Part shown: positions 28,109 through 38,855 of the stretch, piece by piece
How positions within the stretch are numbered: position 1 is the first letter of the stretch
How the letters are laid out: each line of letters begins with the position of its first letter
From: Aulosira sp. ZfuVER01
GTDB lineage: Bacteria; Cyanobacteriota; Cyanobacteriia; Cyanobacteriales; Nostocaceae
Assembly: GCA_034530615.2 (NCBI GenBank)
Contig: JAVRCV020000051.1
Location: forward strand, 32,001 to 96,000
Direction: 5' to 3'
Length of the DNA stretch: 64,000 bases
Position numbers and translations under genes: made by a program
Notes under the pieces: generated by a model
The model's input: the letters and a program-made list of their open reading frames with translations, nothing else
Database searches by the model: none
What the model was told of the DNA's origin: nothing

Positions 28109-29542
28109 TATCATGCTAGTTGCTATATATTAACATCATCAAACACATCTAACTTCCAGAACAAAAAGCTAATATTCTTGGAATTAGTTTCAGGAAACAA
28201 GCAATGCCATTAATATTAAAAATGCGAGTTTTCTCAAAGGTTGTTCATTTTCCAATAAAATATAAAAGGTATGATTCATTTGTTACTGTTGTGACAGGGA
28301 AAATAGCGCACACTTGCCGTGAAACTAATTTTCATCGGCAAAAGTATCGCGGCTAAAAGCTGACTGTTAAGTTTTCAAAATCAATGGGTATCCATGCTGT
28401 TAACTAAATAAAGATTACCCAGATTTTTCTTTATCAAAAGCATTTCTCTTTCTCTCTATACTCAGTTCGCTACAAAACTCTGGAGAGAACATAATACCAC
28501 AACATCTAACAATCAAGAGTGTGAATATCATTATTGTTAAATGCTGGCTTGTAAAGATGTTTTAGTAGCATGTGTAGTTTGCGATCGCTCGTGGTAAAGT
28601 TCACACTAACTAGCTACGTCTCCGGAGGAGGAAGAGTTTTCGCACTTCTTCATGTTAAAGTCATCAAACTTCATACTCTTAAATTCAGATTTTTTGGAGA
28701 GTAAGGCTTTGGTAATTTTGGTTTTCGCATCCTCTAAGAGCTTTGACACTGTTATTTATTAGACTGTTACTATCTTCTGATGCAAGCAGTCTCTTTCATC
28801 AATCATTATTCTGACAGAAAAGCAACATCTGTTAATGCTATTCAAATCTGCACAATTCATCTATAATTGCTAGAAATTTTTTAAATTTCCACCAATTTAT
28901 ATATTTCAGTAGGTCTCTTGAATAAATGAATATTTTCAATCATTAATTTTGGGTCTCTGATTGCTCATTTTCTCAATTACTAGCGTACTAGAGATGTGGT
29001 AGATTCAACTTATAGATCAACCTAGAGCTACTGATGGAATCAAATTTTAATTCCAGATAGGTACTCTAACTATCAAAGCATTTTCAGCTTGCTATTCAAA
29101 CATGATGCAAATAACCATCACTGTATAAAAAATATTGTACACCTCAATATTTTTTAAGTGCATTTATTATTGCCATTTTGGCTAAAATTTAAATAATCTT
29201 TATTCAAGTGTTAATTAACAGTATTCATCTAGCTTTATAAAAGAATTATAAAGTAGCCTTTGATCTGCTAAACTTTTAATGAATAAAATTCATAAATAAT
29301 AGAATTCTGAATTAAAAAAAAGGCAGATATTGAAACAAGTTGGCTTAATTTAAGCTAACCCTACCATCTATAAAAATTTTATTTATTGTGCTAATTTATA
29401 CATTTTAATTAGCCCTAATAGTCACTATAAAAATATAAGAATATAGTTACTTCATAAAGTTTTAAGCAAGTAACTAGTACCGCTGCGCGGTAGTCAATAG
29501 ACTTTTCCTCTAGGGCAGCACCAAGGTTAGAGTTTTTAGGAG

Positions 29543-29692
29543 GAGCCAGTCACGTGTGGTGAAACCAGCGCAGCGGTAGGGTTTCCTCCATGAGCGACTG
29601 CTGTTAGCATAGCGGTGAGCCAGTCCGGTGGACAGGTTCTCTGGCATAAAGGAGCCGGCGCGTTCGGTCGCCAGACTTGAAGCGACTGGCGT
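29543..29692. repeat. Nested small dispersed hairpin repeats
   Basis: GC-rich island with several GAGCCAGT/AAACCAGC/GAGCCGGC starts, GGGTTTCC or GGTTCTC loops and a GCGACTGGCGT end; matches the reverse complement of 6869-6913. Confidence 0.7.
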
Positions 29693-29854
29693 GAACTGTC
29701 TCACCCGTCTGTTCAACCTAACCTACGCATCTACGCATCTGTCGCATAATTTTATTGAATTGGTATAACTGGCAAAGAAGCAATAGTTTAGCCATTGCTG
29801 AATGCAGGCTATATGATATTGTTCAGCAAGCTTTGATCCCCGTTTGGGGCAGTA

Positions 29855-31495
29855 CTATTCAAATTGAAGTTGAGGTACGAGTTGCAGAGTACCAAGACCT
29901 AAATCTTTTGGAGAAAGCGATCGCGCTTCAAACAGAGCCATCATATCTCGTAATTGTGGGTTGCCACGAGCCGCTCCTGTCAATCCTTTAGCAATGATTA
30001 AACCACAGTAGCCCTCGGTATTTTGACACCGCTGATTCCATTTTTTTCGGGCTTCTACATGAATGGGATCGTTATCTAAAAATTCACCAAATAGGAACAA
30101 TTCACCATTGTGAGTTTGTAATAAACCCAAATCATAGTTATTGCCATCAAAGGGATCGGCACCAGGATTAAAGCAAATTGCGTTCAATCCCCCAGCGGCT
30201 TCTAAATGTTCAATAACTGTCTTACCCCTAGGACGAGAAGTTTGAATTAAAATTACTGGCAACCCATCACCTACTTGTTGAATTTCACCAACAGGATGAT
30301 AGGTAACGCCTTGACGTAAATACTCCAGCATCTCCCAAGAGACTACTCCCAAACTAAGAAAAGAGTCTTCTGGGATCAAATCATCTCTCAAGGAACGGAA
30401 CACCGAGGAAGATTCTTCTATCTCACCATCCTCGATATCTAAGCCTGCCATTTCCTCTAATTCCGCTGCCAATTCTGGCATGGTAGAGACAGTCACAGAT
30501 ACTGTTTTAGTTGCTTCATTGCACTGAGGAAGCGTAATCCGATAGCGATGGTTCAGGCTAGGGAATGAGTCTCCATAAAGTTGACGACGATGATCGCGGA
30601 TAAAGCGGTTCAAGCTCTCTAAAGCTACAAAAACCACAAGTGCTTCTTCGTCATACAAAACAGACCGCAGTCCTTCTAAAGGATGGATATTACCAAAGGT
30701 AGGGTCAATGTCGGATAACGGCAGATCGGCTAAATCACCATCATCATCGTCAAATTCATCTGTTTCATCACTACGCTCAAAAGTAAGAAACAGACAATCT
30801 TGTTTGAGGAATGCTTCTTCTAAACGTCCTTGTGAATCCTCATCTCTTAAGACGGCGGCGCGAAACTGCTTGAGGGAATCTTCGGAACGATACAACAAAA
30901 TTCCATATTCCATCCCCAGCATTCCCATGACTGAGGCATAGAGTTTACCCACATCCCACTTATTAATCTCTATGGACAAAATTTGTTGTTCTTCTAAAAA
31001 CTCCCACGGAGATGCTTGCCAAATGGCGAATGCCTTTTCTTGTAACGCTTGGGCATACTGGGGGGGTAAATCGGGAGTTTGGCTATCGAGAATTTCGCCA
31101 AAAGAGCGAAACAGCTCGTTAATTAAAGGCAGTTCTGGTGAGTAGTCAATGACAATATCTAAGTCTTGCAGCACCCCACGCAGATAAAATTGAATCTCGC
31201 GATCGCGGACGACAATTCTTTGCGGTCGAGCAGGTTTAGCAGGACTATGGGGATGCTCCATCGCCCGCATGAGAGTGCGAACCACTGCTTCGGGGCCAGT
31301 GTCAGGTGCGACAACATCCATACCTCTGACAATACCTTGAGAGCCATCCACCCACAGTATGCAATCACCCTTGCCCTCTGCGTCTCTTGGCTGAGTTTGT
31401 GATGATGACAACGGACGGCGATCGCCCTCCCATACAGAAGGAATCTGGGATAATTTCTTCAACCGACGACTGGTAGAGCGATTAAAACTTGTCAT
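29855..31495 (-). CDS. Conserved cyanobacterial protein (DUF6930-like), 546 aa
   Basis: STSRRLKKLSQIPSVWEGDRR, SVMGMLGMEYGILLYRS; long ORF. Confidence 0.8.
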   Translation of the reverse strand: MTSFNRSTSRRLKKLSQIPSVWEGDRRPLSSSQTQPRDAEGKGDCILWVDGSQGIVRGMDVVAPDTGPEAVVRTLMRAMEHPHSPAKPARPQRIVVRDREIQFYLRGVLQDLDIVIDYSPELPLINELFRSFGEILDSQTPDLPPQYAQALQEKAFAIWQASPWEFLEEQQILSIEINKWDVGKLYASVMGMLGMEYGILLYRSEDSLKQFRAAVLRDEDSQGRLEEAFLKQDCLFLTFERSDETDEFDDDDGDLADLPLSDIDPTFGNIHPLEGLRSVLYDEEALVVFVALESLNRFIRDHRRQLYGDSFPSLNHRYRITLPQCNEATKTVSVTVSTMPELAAELEEMAGLDIEDGEIEESSSVFRSLRDDLIPEDSFLSLGVVSWEMLEYLRQGVTYHPVGEIQQVGDGLPVILIQTSRPRGKTVIEHLEAAGGLNAICFNPGADPFDGNNYDLGLLQTHNGELFLFGEFLDNDPIHVEARKKWNQRCQNTEGYCGLIIAKGLTGAARGNPQLRDMMALFEARSLSPKDLGLGTLQLVPQLQFE

Positions 31496-31800
31496 AGAGT
31501 AAGTTAATTAAAAGAAGCAGTTTCTTCGTCAATTTTTGGGAATGGTTAGCCTTGGATAAAATTTTCCTAGCTATACCTGAAGATTGGTTGCGATTCAGGC
31601 TGCCACAAGGCTGAATCTCCAAAAATAGCGAATCTCAAAACGCACCTAATCTCTCAATTCTAGAATAAAAATATTTAGCCGCTTTTGACGGAGTCTTTAC
31701 AATTTGGCAACCAGGGACATCAACATCGCTAGAATAGATACAAAAACACCAATTACAAGCCGAGACTACTGGTTAAACCAATTAAGGAGTTGAACAGCAG

Positions 31801-32157
31801 ATGACACAAGCAATTCAACCGCAACAACGCGGAATTCAGTTGAGCGAAGCTGCATTACTTCAAGTAAAATCGCTACGTGACAAGCAAGGTAAAGATTTAT
31901 GCTTGCGGGTAGGTGTTAGGCAAGGTGGCTGCTCTGGGATGTCTTACATGATGGACTTTGAAGACTCCAGCAAGATCACCCCCCAGGATGAAGTTTTTGA
32001 CTATGATGGCTTCAAAATTGTTAGCGATCGCAAAAGCTTATTATACCTCTATGGCTTAATGCTTGATTACAGCGATGCCATGATTGGCGGCGGCTTTCAA
32101 TTCACTAATCCCAACGCTAACCAAACCTGTGGTTGCGGAAAGTCATTTGGAGTGTAA
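31801..32157 (+). CDS. Fe-S cluster assembly A-type carrier (HesB/IscA/SufA family)
   Basis: [29 protein letters not shown]. Confidence 0.95.
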   Translation: MTQAIQPQQRGIQLSEAALLQVKSLRDKQGKDLCLRVGVRQGGCSGMSYMMDFEDSSKITPQDEVFDYDGFKIVSDRKSLLYLYGLMLDYSDAMIGGGFQFTNPNANQTCGCGKSFGV

Positions 32158-32212
32158 GATTGTCCTTTGTCAGGGGTCAGTTGTTAAATTGCTAATGACC
32201 AATGACAAAGCG

Positions 32213-32310
32213 CAAAGTCGAGCCACTGTGTTGCGGGGGTTTCCTCCGTAGATGCGTTCGACGAGGTCGTTCTCGTAGAGTAGCGGCTTGCCGCAGGCAT
32301 CAGAACTTTG
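32213..32310. repeat. Nested small dispersed repeats within an STRR tract
   Basis: CAAAGT..GAGCCACTGTGTTGCGGGGGTTTCCTCCG..CGTAGATGCG..GCGGCTTGCCGCAGGCATC..ACTTTG, flanked by (AATGACM)n. Confidence 0.7.
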
Positions 32311-32344
32311 TAAGACATGACAAATGACAAATGACTAATGACCA

Positions 32345-32767
32345 ATGACTAATACGGTTGAATCCCTGTTTGATACAGGTTTAGAACGCTATAAAGCTGG
32401 GGAAAGTGCAGCTTCTTTAATTCCTGTTTTTAAAGAAGTATGCGATCGCGCTCCTAAAAGCAGTTCTGCTTGGACTTGTTTGGCTTGGTTGTATCTGCTG
32501 GATAACAAAGGCAACTTAGCTTATAAAGCCGCACAGAAAGCAGTAAAGCTCAATCCCCAAGACCCACAAGCCAGAATTAATCTTGCCGTCGCCATGCTGG
32601 AAACCGGGCAAAAAGGTTTGCGGGAACACATCGATTTCGCCCAACAGTTAATTTTTGTAAATCAAGAATGGGAAGACGAAATCAAAAACAGCATTGCAGA
32701 CGGTTTAACTAGAAAACCAGATTGGCAGAGTTTGGCAAAAGTCAAAGGCTGGCTGTTTGACGCTTAA
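32345..32767 (+). CDS. TPR-containing protein
   Basis: AWTCLAWLYLL..AYKAAQKAVKLNPQDPQARINLA. Confidence 0.88.
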   Translation: MTNTVESLFDTGLERYKAGESAASLIPVFKEVCDRAPKSSSAWTCLAWLYLLDNKGNLAYKAAQKAVKLNPQDPQARINLAVAMLETGQKGLREHIDFAQQLIFVNQEWEDEIKNSIADGLTRKPDWQSLAKVKGWLFDA

Positions 32768-32869
32768 ATGGTAATAGAGTTAGTTGTCACTAGCTAGAAA
32801 CAAAGGACAACTAACTATTACCCTAACCAGCAATTTGCAGTTTTAAAGAATTTGACAACACGACAGTTG

Positions 32870-33112
32870 ATGAAAGAGAAATTTTTAGGCTGGCTCAACT
32901 TTATTTTAGTTGCAGATGTATTTCTGGTTTTGTTTGGCTTTGGCTGGTTTGCGATCGCAGTAATTGGTGATGCCTCAGGTATAAATTTAGGACTAGATTT
33001 ATGGCATACACTGTGGCAACCTGTGTTTAACCCAGCCATTGGTATTCTCATGGGGGGCGCACTTCTCAGTGGTCTGATCAATTGGATTTCCCAAAAATTC
33101 CAGGCTGATTAG
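32870..33112 (+). CDS. Small membrane protein
   Basis: Two hydrophobic segments; LWQPVFNPAIGILMGGAL. Confidence 0.75.
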   Translation: MKEKFLGWLNFILVADVFLVLFGFGWFAIAVIGDASGINLGLDLWHTLWQPVFNPAIGILMGGALLSGLINWISQKFQAD

Positions 33113-33127
33113 TCAATAAACCATGAC

Positions 33128-34048
33128 CTATTTCAAAATTTGTGTTAAAGCCGATCGCAAATTAGGATATTGGTACTCAAAGCCTGCTGCCATAGTGCGC
33201 TTGGGTAGAACTTGTTGACCTTCTAAAACTACTGTTGCCCCGTCTCCCAAGAGTGCTTCTAGGGCAAAAGCCGGGACTGGCAACCAGGAGGGGCGATTCA
33301 TGACTTTCCCCATAGTTTGGCTCAAATCTACCATCCGCACAGGGTTGGGAGCCGTAGCATTATATACACCTTCCATCCCTGGATTGGCTAAGGCTTGCAG
33401 AATCAGGTTAACTAAGTCGTCTAGGTGAATCCAAGAAAACCACTGCCGACCACTACCAATTGGCCCACCGGCAAATAGTTTGAAGGGAGGGATCATTTTA
33501 CCTAAAGCACCACCCATTCCTAGGATAATACCAAAACGCAGAATTACTAGTCGCACACTAGCATCTTTAACTTTGTTCGCTTCTGCTTCCCAAGCTTGAC
33601 AGACTTCGGCAAGGAAATCATTTCCAGACTGGCTGGTTTCATCGAAGGTAGCAGTTTCACTAGTGCCGTAGTAGCCGATAGCTGAAGCGTTGACTAACAC
33701 CTTTGGTTTAGGGTTAGCTTGTACTATTGCTTCTACAATTTTTTGTGTACCTAGCTTGCGGCTATTGAGAATTTTCTGTTTGTGTTCTGGTGTCCAGCGT
33801 TCCTCAGCGATGGGTTCACCGGCTAAGTTAACAACACCATCACAACCTGCAATCGCATCTTGCCAAGAACCCGATGTAGTAGGTTGATAGGCAACAATTT
33901 CTACATTAGGAAAAGCCTGAGAAGGAAAAGCTTTTTGGGCCAAGGCGGTGTTACGTGTTAACACCAACACGTTATTACCTTCCTTATGGAGTCGTTCTAC
34001 CAAACGGCTACCCACAAATCCTGTTGCTCCAGCAATTGCTACTTTCAT
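33128..34048 (-). CDS. TIGR01777-family NAD-dependent epimerase-like protein
   Basis: MKVAIAGATGFVG, VVNLAGEPI, ASAIGYYG, GSGRQWFSWIH. Confidence 0.92.
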   Translation of the reverse strand: MKVAIAGATGFVGSRLVERLHKEGNNVLVLTRNTALAQKAFPSQAFPNVEIVAYQPTTSGSWQDAIAGCDGVVNLAGEPIAEERWTPEHKQKILNSRKLGTQKIVEAIVQANPKPKVLVNASAIGYYGTSETATFDETSQSGNDFLAEVCQAWEAEANKVKDASVRLVILRFGIILGMGGALGKMIPPFKLFAGGPIGSGRQWFSWIHLDDLVNLILQALANPGMEGVYNATAPNPVRMVDLSQTMGKVMNRPSWLPVPAFALEALLGDGATVVLEGQQVLPKRTMAAGFEYQYPNLRSALTQILK

Positions 34049-34241
34049 GATGCACTCCTCGCCCAAACTTTTATTTTAAAGTTTTTTATCAGATTTTCTG
34101 CTTGTACCTCCTTCTTTTTTGGGTGAAAGAGATTTGATTCTACATTTTGCACTAGATTTCTTTAATGAATTTATAAAGACTTGCAGTTTACATACTTCGG
34201 TATTATAGGATGGACGGAGTGTTGCAAGGCGTGGGGCTATT

Positions 34242-34589
34242 ATGGCTCGCTATACCTGTTCATTTATTGTTTCTGTTCCTATTGAGCATCTTCAGCCGTT
34301 GCTTGTAGATCTGCTACAAGACTGTGATTTGGATGTTCAATACTACAAGTCCGATTACATTATGGCTCGTGAAGTTCCCGGTACTGTCCCTTTTTCCAAG
34401 CTTGTTAAGGTGGAAGTACTGATTGATAAATCAACAGCGACGGAAACAGAAACTCGGTTGAGTATTTTGGTTAAAAATGAGGAACTACCTCTCCAACTTG
34501 ATAATCACTGTCGACAAGTATTTGACTTTGTGAAGCAGGCGATTGAACATAGCCGCCATTGGCATCTGATTGAAAGTTTAGCAGGGTAA
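34242..34589 (+). CDS. Conserved cyanobacterial hypothetical protein
   Basis: MARYTC, KNEELPLQLDNHC. Confidence 0.8.
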   Translation: MARYTCSFIVSVPIEHLQPLLVDLLQDCDLDVQYYKSDYIMAREVPGTVPFSKLVKVEVLIDKSTATETETRLSILVKNEELPLQLDNHCRQVFDFVKQAIEHSRHWHLIESLAG

Positions 34590-35018
34590 CTTTTGCTACT
34601 TTTATCTGGTTCGTCCATAGTCGCTAGCTAAATGGCAAAGCTAACTCAAGTCTTGACCATACAGCTTTGCCAGCAATGTTTTTTGTAAGAAATCACGACG
34701 ATATTAATTTCTTTAGCAAGATTTTGATGACGTTATATTTAACGACAAGCTACTAGCCTAGAAGTTCAATATTGATAGTAATTGTCTCTGCTCAATGTAG
34801 AAGGCTTGACTTTTCTTGAGCAAGCGCCTTTTATTTCATGATTTTAGCGATTTCCAAGCAATAAATTATTCAAAGGTTGGCCGCAAGCTACCACAAAAGG
34901 TGCATAGGCAATTTGGCGAAGCTTTGGCTTCCTACTAGGTAAGACACGAAGAGAAGAGGAATCTAAGGGTTTGTACGTCAGTGTTGGGTATTTTTTATTT
35001 GAAAGTCCCTTATTGCTT

Positions 35019-35522
35019 CTAGAGTTCCTCTATATCCTCGGTCATGCCAGGATTAATCAATGTAATATCATACTCACTAGCATCTGTATTACCCGAACGC
35101 TGGGTGTTACGTAGCAAGTAATAGATAGCACGTACCTGAGGCCCAAAAATAATTTCGTCTTCATTTCTCAGATCGTGGGACGGCATTTTGCGTCCATTAA
35201 TCATCAGACCGTTAGAACTGAGCTTGCCTTTAGCATCACCATCGACAATTCGATAATAATAGCTGTGACTATTCTGCTCTCGTGGTAATCTCACCAATGT
35301 GGCATGGCGGCGGGAGACAAACTGCGACACCAAACGGATATTGCACTCACGATCTCTACCGATGGAGTAGACGGGGTTTTCCAGAGTAAATTCCTTACGA
35401 CCTTGATCGTCTTCAATAATTAGAAGATGGCTTTCATTAGTCTCTGGTGCCATTGATGCATCGCTGCTAACATTGGTCGAACTGTGAGTTATCAAGCTTT
35501 GTTTAATATAGTTTCCTGCCAT
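35019..35522 (-). CDS. FHA domain protein
   Basis: YSIGRD, FVSRRHA, SSNGLMING. Confidence 0.92.
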   Translation of the reverse strand: MAGNYIKQSLITHSSTNVSSDASMAPETNESHLLIIEDDQGRKEFTLENPVYSIGRDRECNIRLVSQFVSRRHATLVRLPREQNSHSYYYRIVDGDAKGKLSSNGLMINGRKMPSHDLRNEDEIIFGPQVRAIYYLLRNTQRSGNTDASEYDITLINPGMTEDIEEL

Positions 35523-35737
35523 TCTTACGCACTACAGTCTTTGGTACTGCTCTAATAAGCATTAAATTGCATATTTCCCCAAAAGAGTAGAAAATGACTT
35601 TTCTACTCTTGTTAGTTTAACTTTTGGAAGATTCTCAACAGCCTTTGGTAGATGCTTAACTCCTGACTACGATTTTAGTTTGTCCAACAAGGATAGGAGC
35701 GAGATTGAGTTGAGAACTTAACCTCCAAGAGAAAAGT

Positions 35738-38188
35738 TTAGGGTCGATGAGCTAAACGCCGTAGTAAAACTGAATTACTAACAACACTAACTGAGCTAAA
35801 GGCCATTAATGCGGCGGCACCAGAGGGGCTAAGTATAAAACCCAAACTGGGTAACAAAACACCCGCTGCTAAGGGGATACCAATTGTATTATAAGCAAAA
35901 GCCCAGAATAAATTCTGACGGATTTTGTTGAAAGTGGCACGGCTAAGGTGAATTGCTTCTACAACGTCGCTAAGGCGATCGCGCATCAGCACAATAGCAG
36001 CAGTTTCCATTGCTACATCTGTGCCGGAGTATAAAGCAATTCCGACATCTGCTTGAGACAAAGCTGGAGCATCATTGATCCCATCTCCAACCATTGCGAC
36101 AACTGATGCCGATTTGGTTTGTAATTCTTGGATAGCGGCGGCTTTTTTACTGGGGGGAACACCAGCCATCACATCAGAACTATCTAACCCCAGTTGTTTA
36201 CCGATCGCGCTGGCTGCTTCTAAGCGATCGCCACTTAGCAGCATTACCCGGAAACCCATCTGAAGTAACCGATCTACTGTGGCTTGAGCATCTGGTCTGA
36301 GGGTATCACAAACGGCAATAATTCCCGTTAAATTCCCGTCTACCGCGACACAAACAACTGTTTTGCCTTCTGTCGCCAATCTTTGACTCAACTGTTGTGC
36401 AGTGTCGCTAATGGCAATTCCGTGCCAGCTTAACCATTCCCAATTACCCAGCAGTACATTAGCATTATCCACTACAGCAGATACACCAAGTCCTGGTTCT
36501 GTATGAAAGTCTACAGCTTCTGGAATGGCTAACTCTTGCCGCTGAGCTTCCTGTTGAATCGCTTTGGCGAGCGGATGGTATGTACCGCTTTCTACAGATG
36601 CGGCTAGTTGCAGGAGTGATTGGGGAGATTTTCCCTCTGTGCCCAATTCCCCAATCAGCAGGCAATCAGTCACAGTAGGATTACCTGTGGTTAATGTACC
36701 TGTTTTATCAAAGACAATCGTATCTAGCTGGTGTACCCGTTCTAAAACGTCGCCACCTTTAATTAGTAGACCCCGTTCCGCACCCAAGCCAGTACCTACG
36801 AGAATGGCTGTTGGTGTAGCTAGCCCCAAAGCACAAGGACAAGCGACTACCATAACTGCGATCGCTAATTTTAAGCTGATGAGCAGTGGCGAGTGATGAA
36901 GGCTAAGTGATGAGTGATGAACACTATGAGATGTATGGCTCATAATGTCCATGCCGCCTGATATGGTGAGATCTGGCCAGATATGTGTACCGAAAAAGTA
37001 CCAAAAGATAAATGTTAAGAAGGCTGCTGTTAAGACTCCGTAGGTAAAGTAACCAGCAACTGTATCTGCTAATTTCTGAACAGGTGCTTTACGGGTTTGG
37101 GCATCTTCTACCAGGGCAACAATATGAGCTAAAGTTGTATCGCTGCCTGTACGGGTTGCCTGAATAGCGATCGCTCCCGATTGGTTAAGAGTACCTGCTG
37201 TTACTATATCCCCCGGTTGTTTAATTACAGGTACGGATTCCCCAGTCAGCATCGACTCATCCACCGTGGTTTGCCCCAAGCGAACTTCACCATCAACAGG
37301 GACTTTATCACCAGGTAGTATCTTTAACCATTCACCAACTCGTACCTGTTCTGCGGGAATCTCGATGCTAGCTGACCCGATAACGGCATCTTGGCTAGGG
37401 TGCGAACCGTTTCCATCATTCACTTGCCCAATTTTCTCTGGGTTAGCAATCAATCGTGCCACCTGTGGCTGTAGTGCTAGCAGTTGCCTAAATGCTGCGG
37501 CGGCCTTTCCTCTAGCTTGTTGCTCTAATGTCCGTCCCAGTAGAATAAAGCCCAACATCATCACTGGTTCATCAAAGAAGCACTCCCAACCCATTTGGGG
37601 GAATAGTAGCGCCACCAAACTAGCCGTATAGGCTGTGAGAGTTCCCAATCCTATCAGGGTATTCATATTGGGGGCATTTCGCCGCCAGCCTAGCCAACCA
37701 TCAACTAAAATCGGGCGACCTGGAACTAGGATAGCCAATGTTGCCAGTCCACAGTGGAACCAGATGTTATTTAACAATGGCAATGTTAAGCCGCTAATAG
37801 TAGCAAAATGTCCAATTCCAGATAAGACTAGCAGCACCCCAGCAATTACCAACTGCTTGAGATAAGAGCGCATTTCTTGTTGCTGTCGGGTTTGGGAGTC
37901 TTCTCTAGCAGCTATCTCACCTGCGGCTGTTCGGGGCTGAGTGGGAAAGCCGTTGGCGGTCAAATGCTTTGCCAGTAACTCTGCATCGACCGCACCAGCT
38001 TCTAACTCTACAACTGCTACCTCTGTTGCCAGGTTCACACAGGCATTCTTAACCCCTGGCTGTTGGGTTAGCTGTCTTTCTACTGCTTTTACACATCCAG
38101 CACACTTCATGCCCCCAACATCCAGAATTATTTTCTCTGTAATTGGGATCGGTTCTGGCGCGATCTGAGTTTTGGGAACAAGTTGCAT
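35738..38188 (-). CDS. Heavy-metal (Cu) P1B-type ATPase, CtaA-like
   Basis: [33 protein letters not shown]. Confidence 0.93.
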   Translation of the reverse strand: MQLVPKTQIAPEPIPITEKIILDVGGMKCAGCVKAVERQLTQQPGVKNACVNLATEVAVVELEAGAVDAELLAKHLTANGFPTQPRTAAGEIAAREDSQTRQQQEMRSYLKQLVIAGVLLVLSGIGHFATISGLTLPLLNNIWFHCGLATLAILVPGRPILVDGWLGWRRNAPNMNTLIGLGTLTAYTASLVALLFPQMGWECFFDEPVMMLGFILLGRTLEQQARGKAAAAFRQLLALQPQVARLIANPEKIGQVNDGNGSHPSQDAVIGSASIEIPAEQVRVGEWLKILPGDKVPVDGEVRLGQTTVDESMLTGESVPVIKQPGDIVTAGTLNQSGAIAIQATRTGSDTTLAHIVALVEDAQTRKAPVQKLADTVAGYFTYGVLTAAFLTFIFWYFFGTHIWPDLTISGGMDIMSHTSHSVHHSSLSLHHSPLLISLKLAIAVMVVACPCALGLATPTAILVGTGLGAERGLLIKGGDVLERVHQLDTIVFDKTGTLTTGNPTVTDCLLIGELGTEGKSPQSLLQLAASVESGTYHPLAKAIQQEAQRQELAIPEAVDFHTEPGLGVSAVVDNANVLLGNWEWLSWHGIAISDTAQQLSQRLATEGKTVVCVAVDGNLTGIIAVCDTLRPDAQATVDRLLQMGFRVMLLSGDRLEAASAIGKQLGLDSSDVMAGVPPSKKAAAIQELQTKSASVVAMVGDGINDAPALSQADVGIALYSGTDVAMETAAIVLMRDRLSDVVEAIHLSRATFNKIRQNLFWAFAYNTIGIPLAAGVLLPSLGFILSPSGAAALMAFSSVSVVSNSVLLRRLAHRP

Positions 38189-38318
38189 GGCAAGAGTTTA
38201 GTTAGATTCGCTTCAAAAATATGACGCTCGACGAAAAGCGCCCTAATTTGAGGGTAGCGAAATCTGGAACTAAGACTACATGTCAAACATATTAAATTCT
38301 CAATTTCTTTAGCTCTAA

Positions 38319-38504
38319 TCAGTAGTGACGACGACAAGAGCGTTGATGAGAGATGTAAATCAATGCTCCAACCTGCATAGGGAGAATGGAAATCAGGCTT
38401 TTCCAGAAATAATTGATTTCTAAATTAGACATAGCACTGAAATACCCCACACCTATTAGCAAACACAAAACCAAGGTAAGCTTTTGATTTTTGAGGATTA
38501 GCAT
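38319..38504 (-). CDS. Small hydrophobic hypothetical protein
   Basis: 61-aa ORF with two hydrophobic stretches, co-oriented with its neighbours. Confidence 0.5.
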   Translation of the reverse strand: MLILKNQKLTLVLCLLIGVGYFSAMSNLEINYFWKSLISILPMQVGALIYISHQRSCRRHY

Positions 38505-38579
38505 ATCAGTAGATATAAATTGCCAGAATGCCGCTATGATACATAGCCTAAAATAGAACTTAAATTGAGAGAGAAACTT

Positions 38580-38855
38580 TTAAAACCAGCCCTGCTTCTT
38601 GACGAAGTAAGTATCTACGAATTCTTCGTGGGGCTTGTTTAAGTAAATCATGCCTTCAATCAAACCTACAAGTTGCATAATTAACAAACTAAACCCGTAA
38701 GTAAAAGTGCCCCCAACTACAGAAATAACTAGCATAATAAAGCCTTCTGGGGCGTATCCTAAAACAAATTTATGAACGCCAAAACCTCCGAAAATAATCC
38801 CACAGTAACCAGCCATAAGTTGTTTGGTTGTTTGACTGGAGTTTAGATTTGCCAT
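38580..38855 (-). CDS. TM2/NINE domain membrane protein
   Basis: AGYCGIIFGGFGVHKFVLGY...GLIEGMIYL...KKQGWF; GGAG RBS. Confidence 0.88.
   Translation of the reverse strand: MANLNSSQTTKQLMAGYCGIIFGGFGVHKFVLGYAPEGFIMLVISVVGGTFTYGFSLLIMQLVGLIEGMIYLNKPHEEFVDTYFVKKQGWF

Noticed and set aside
29510..29716. 68-aa ORF
   Set aside because: Spans the nested repeat stack and has no protein-like features.
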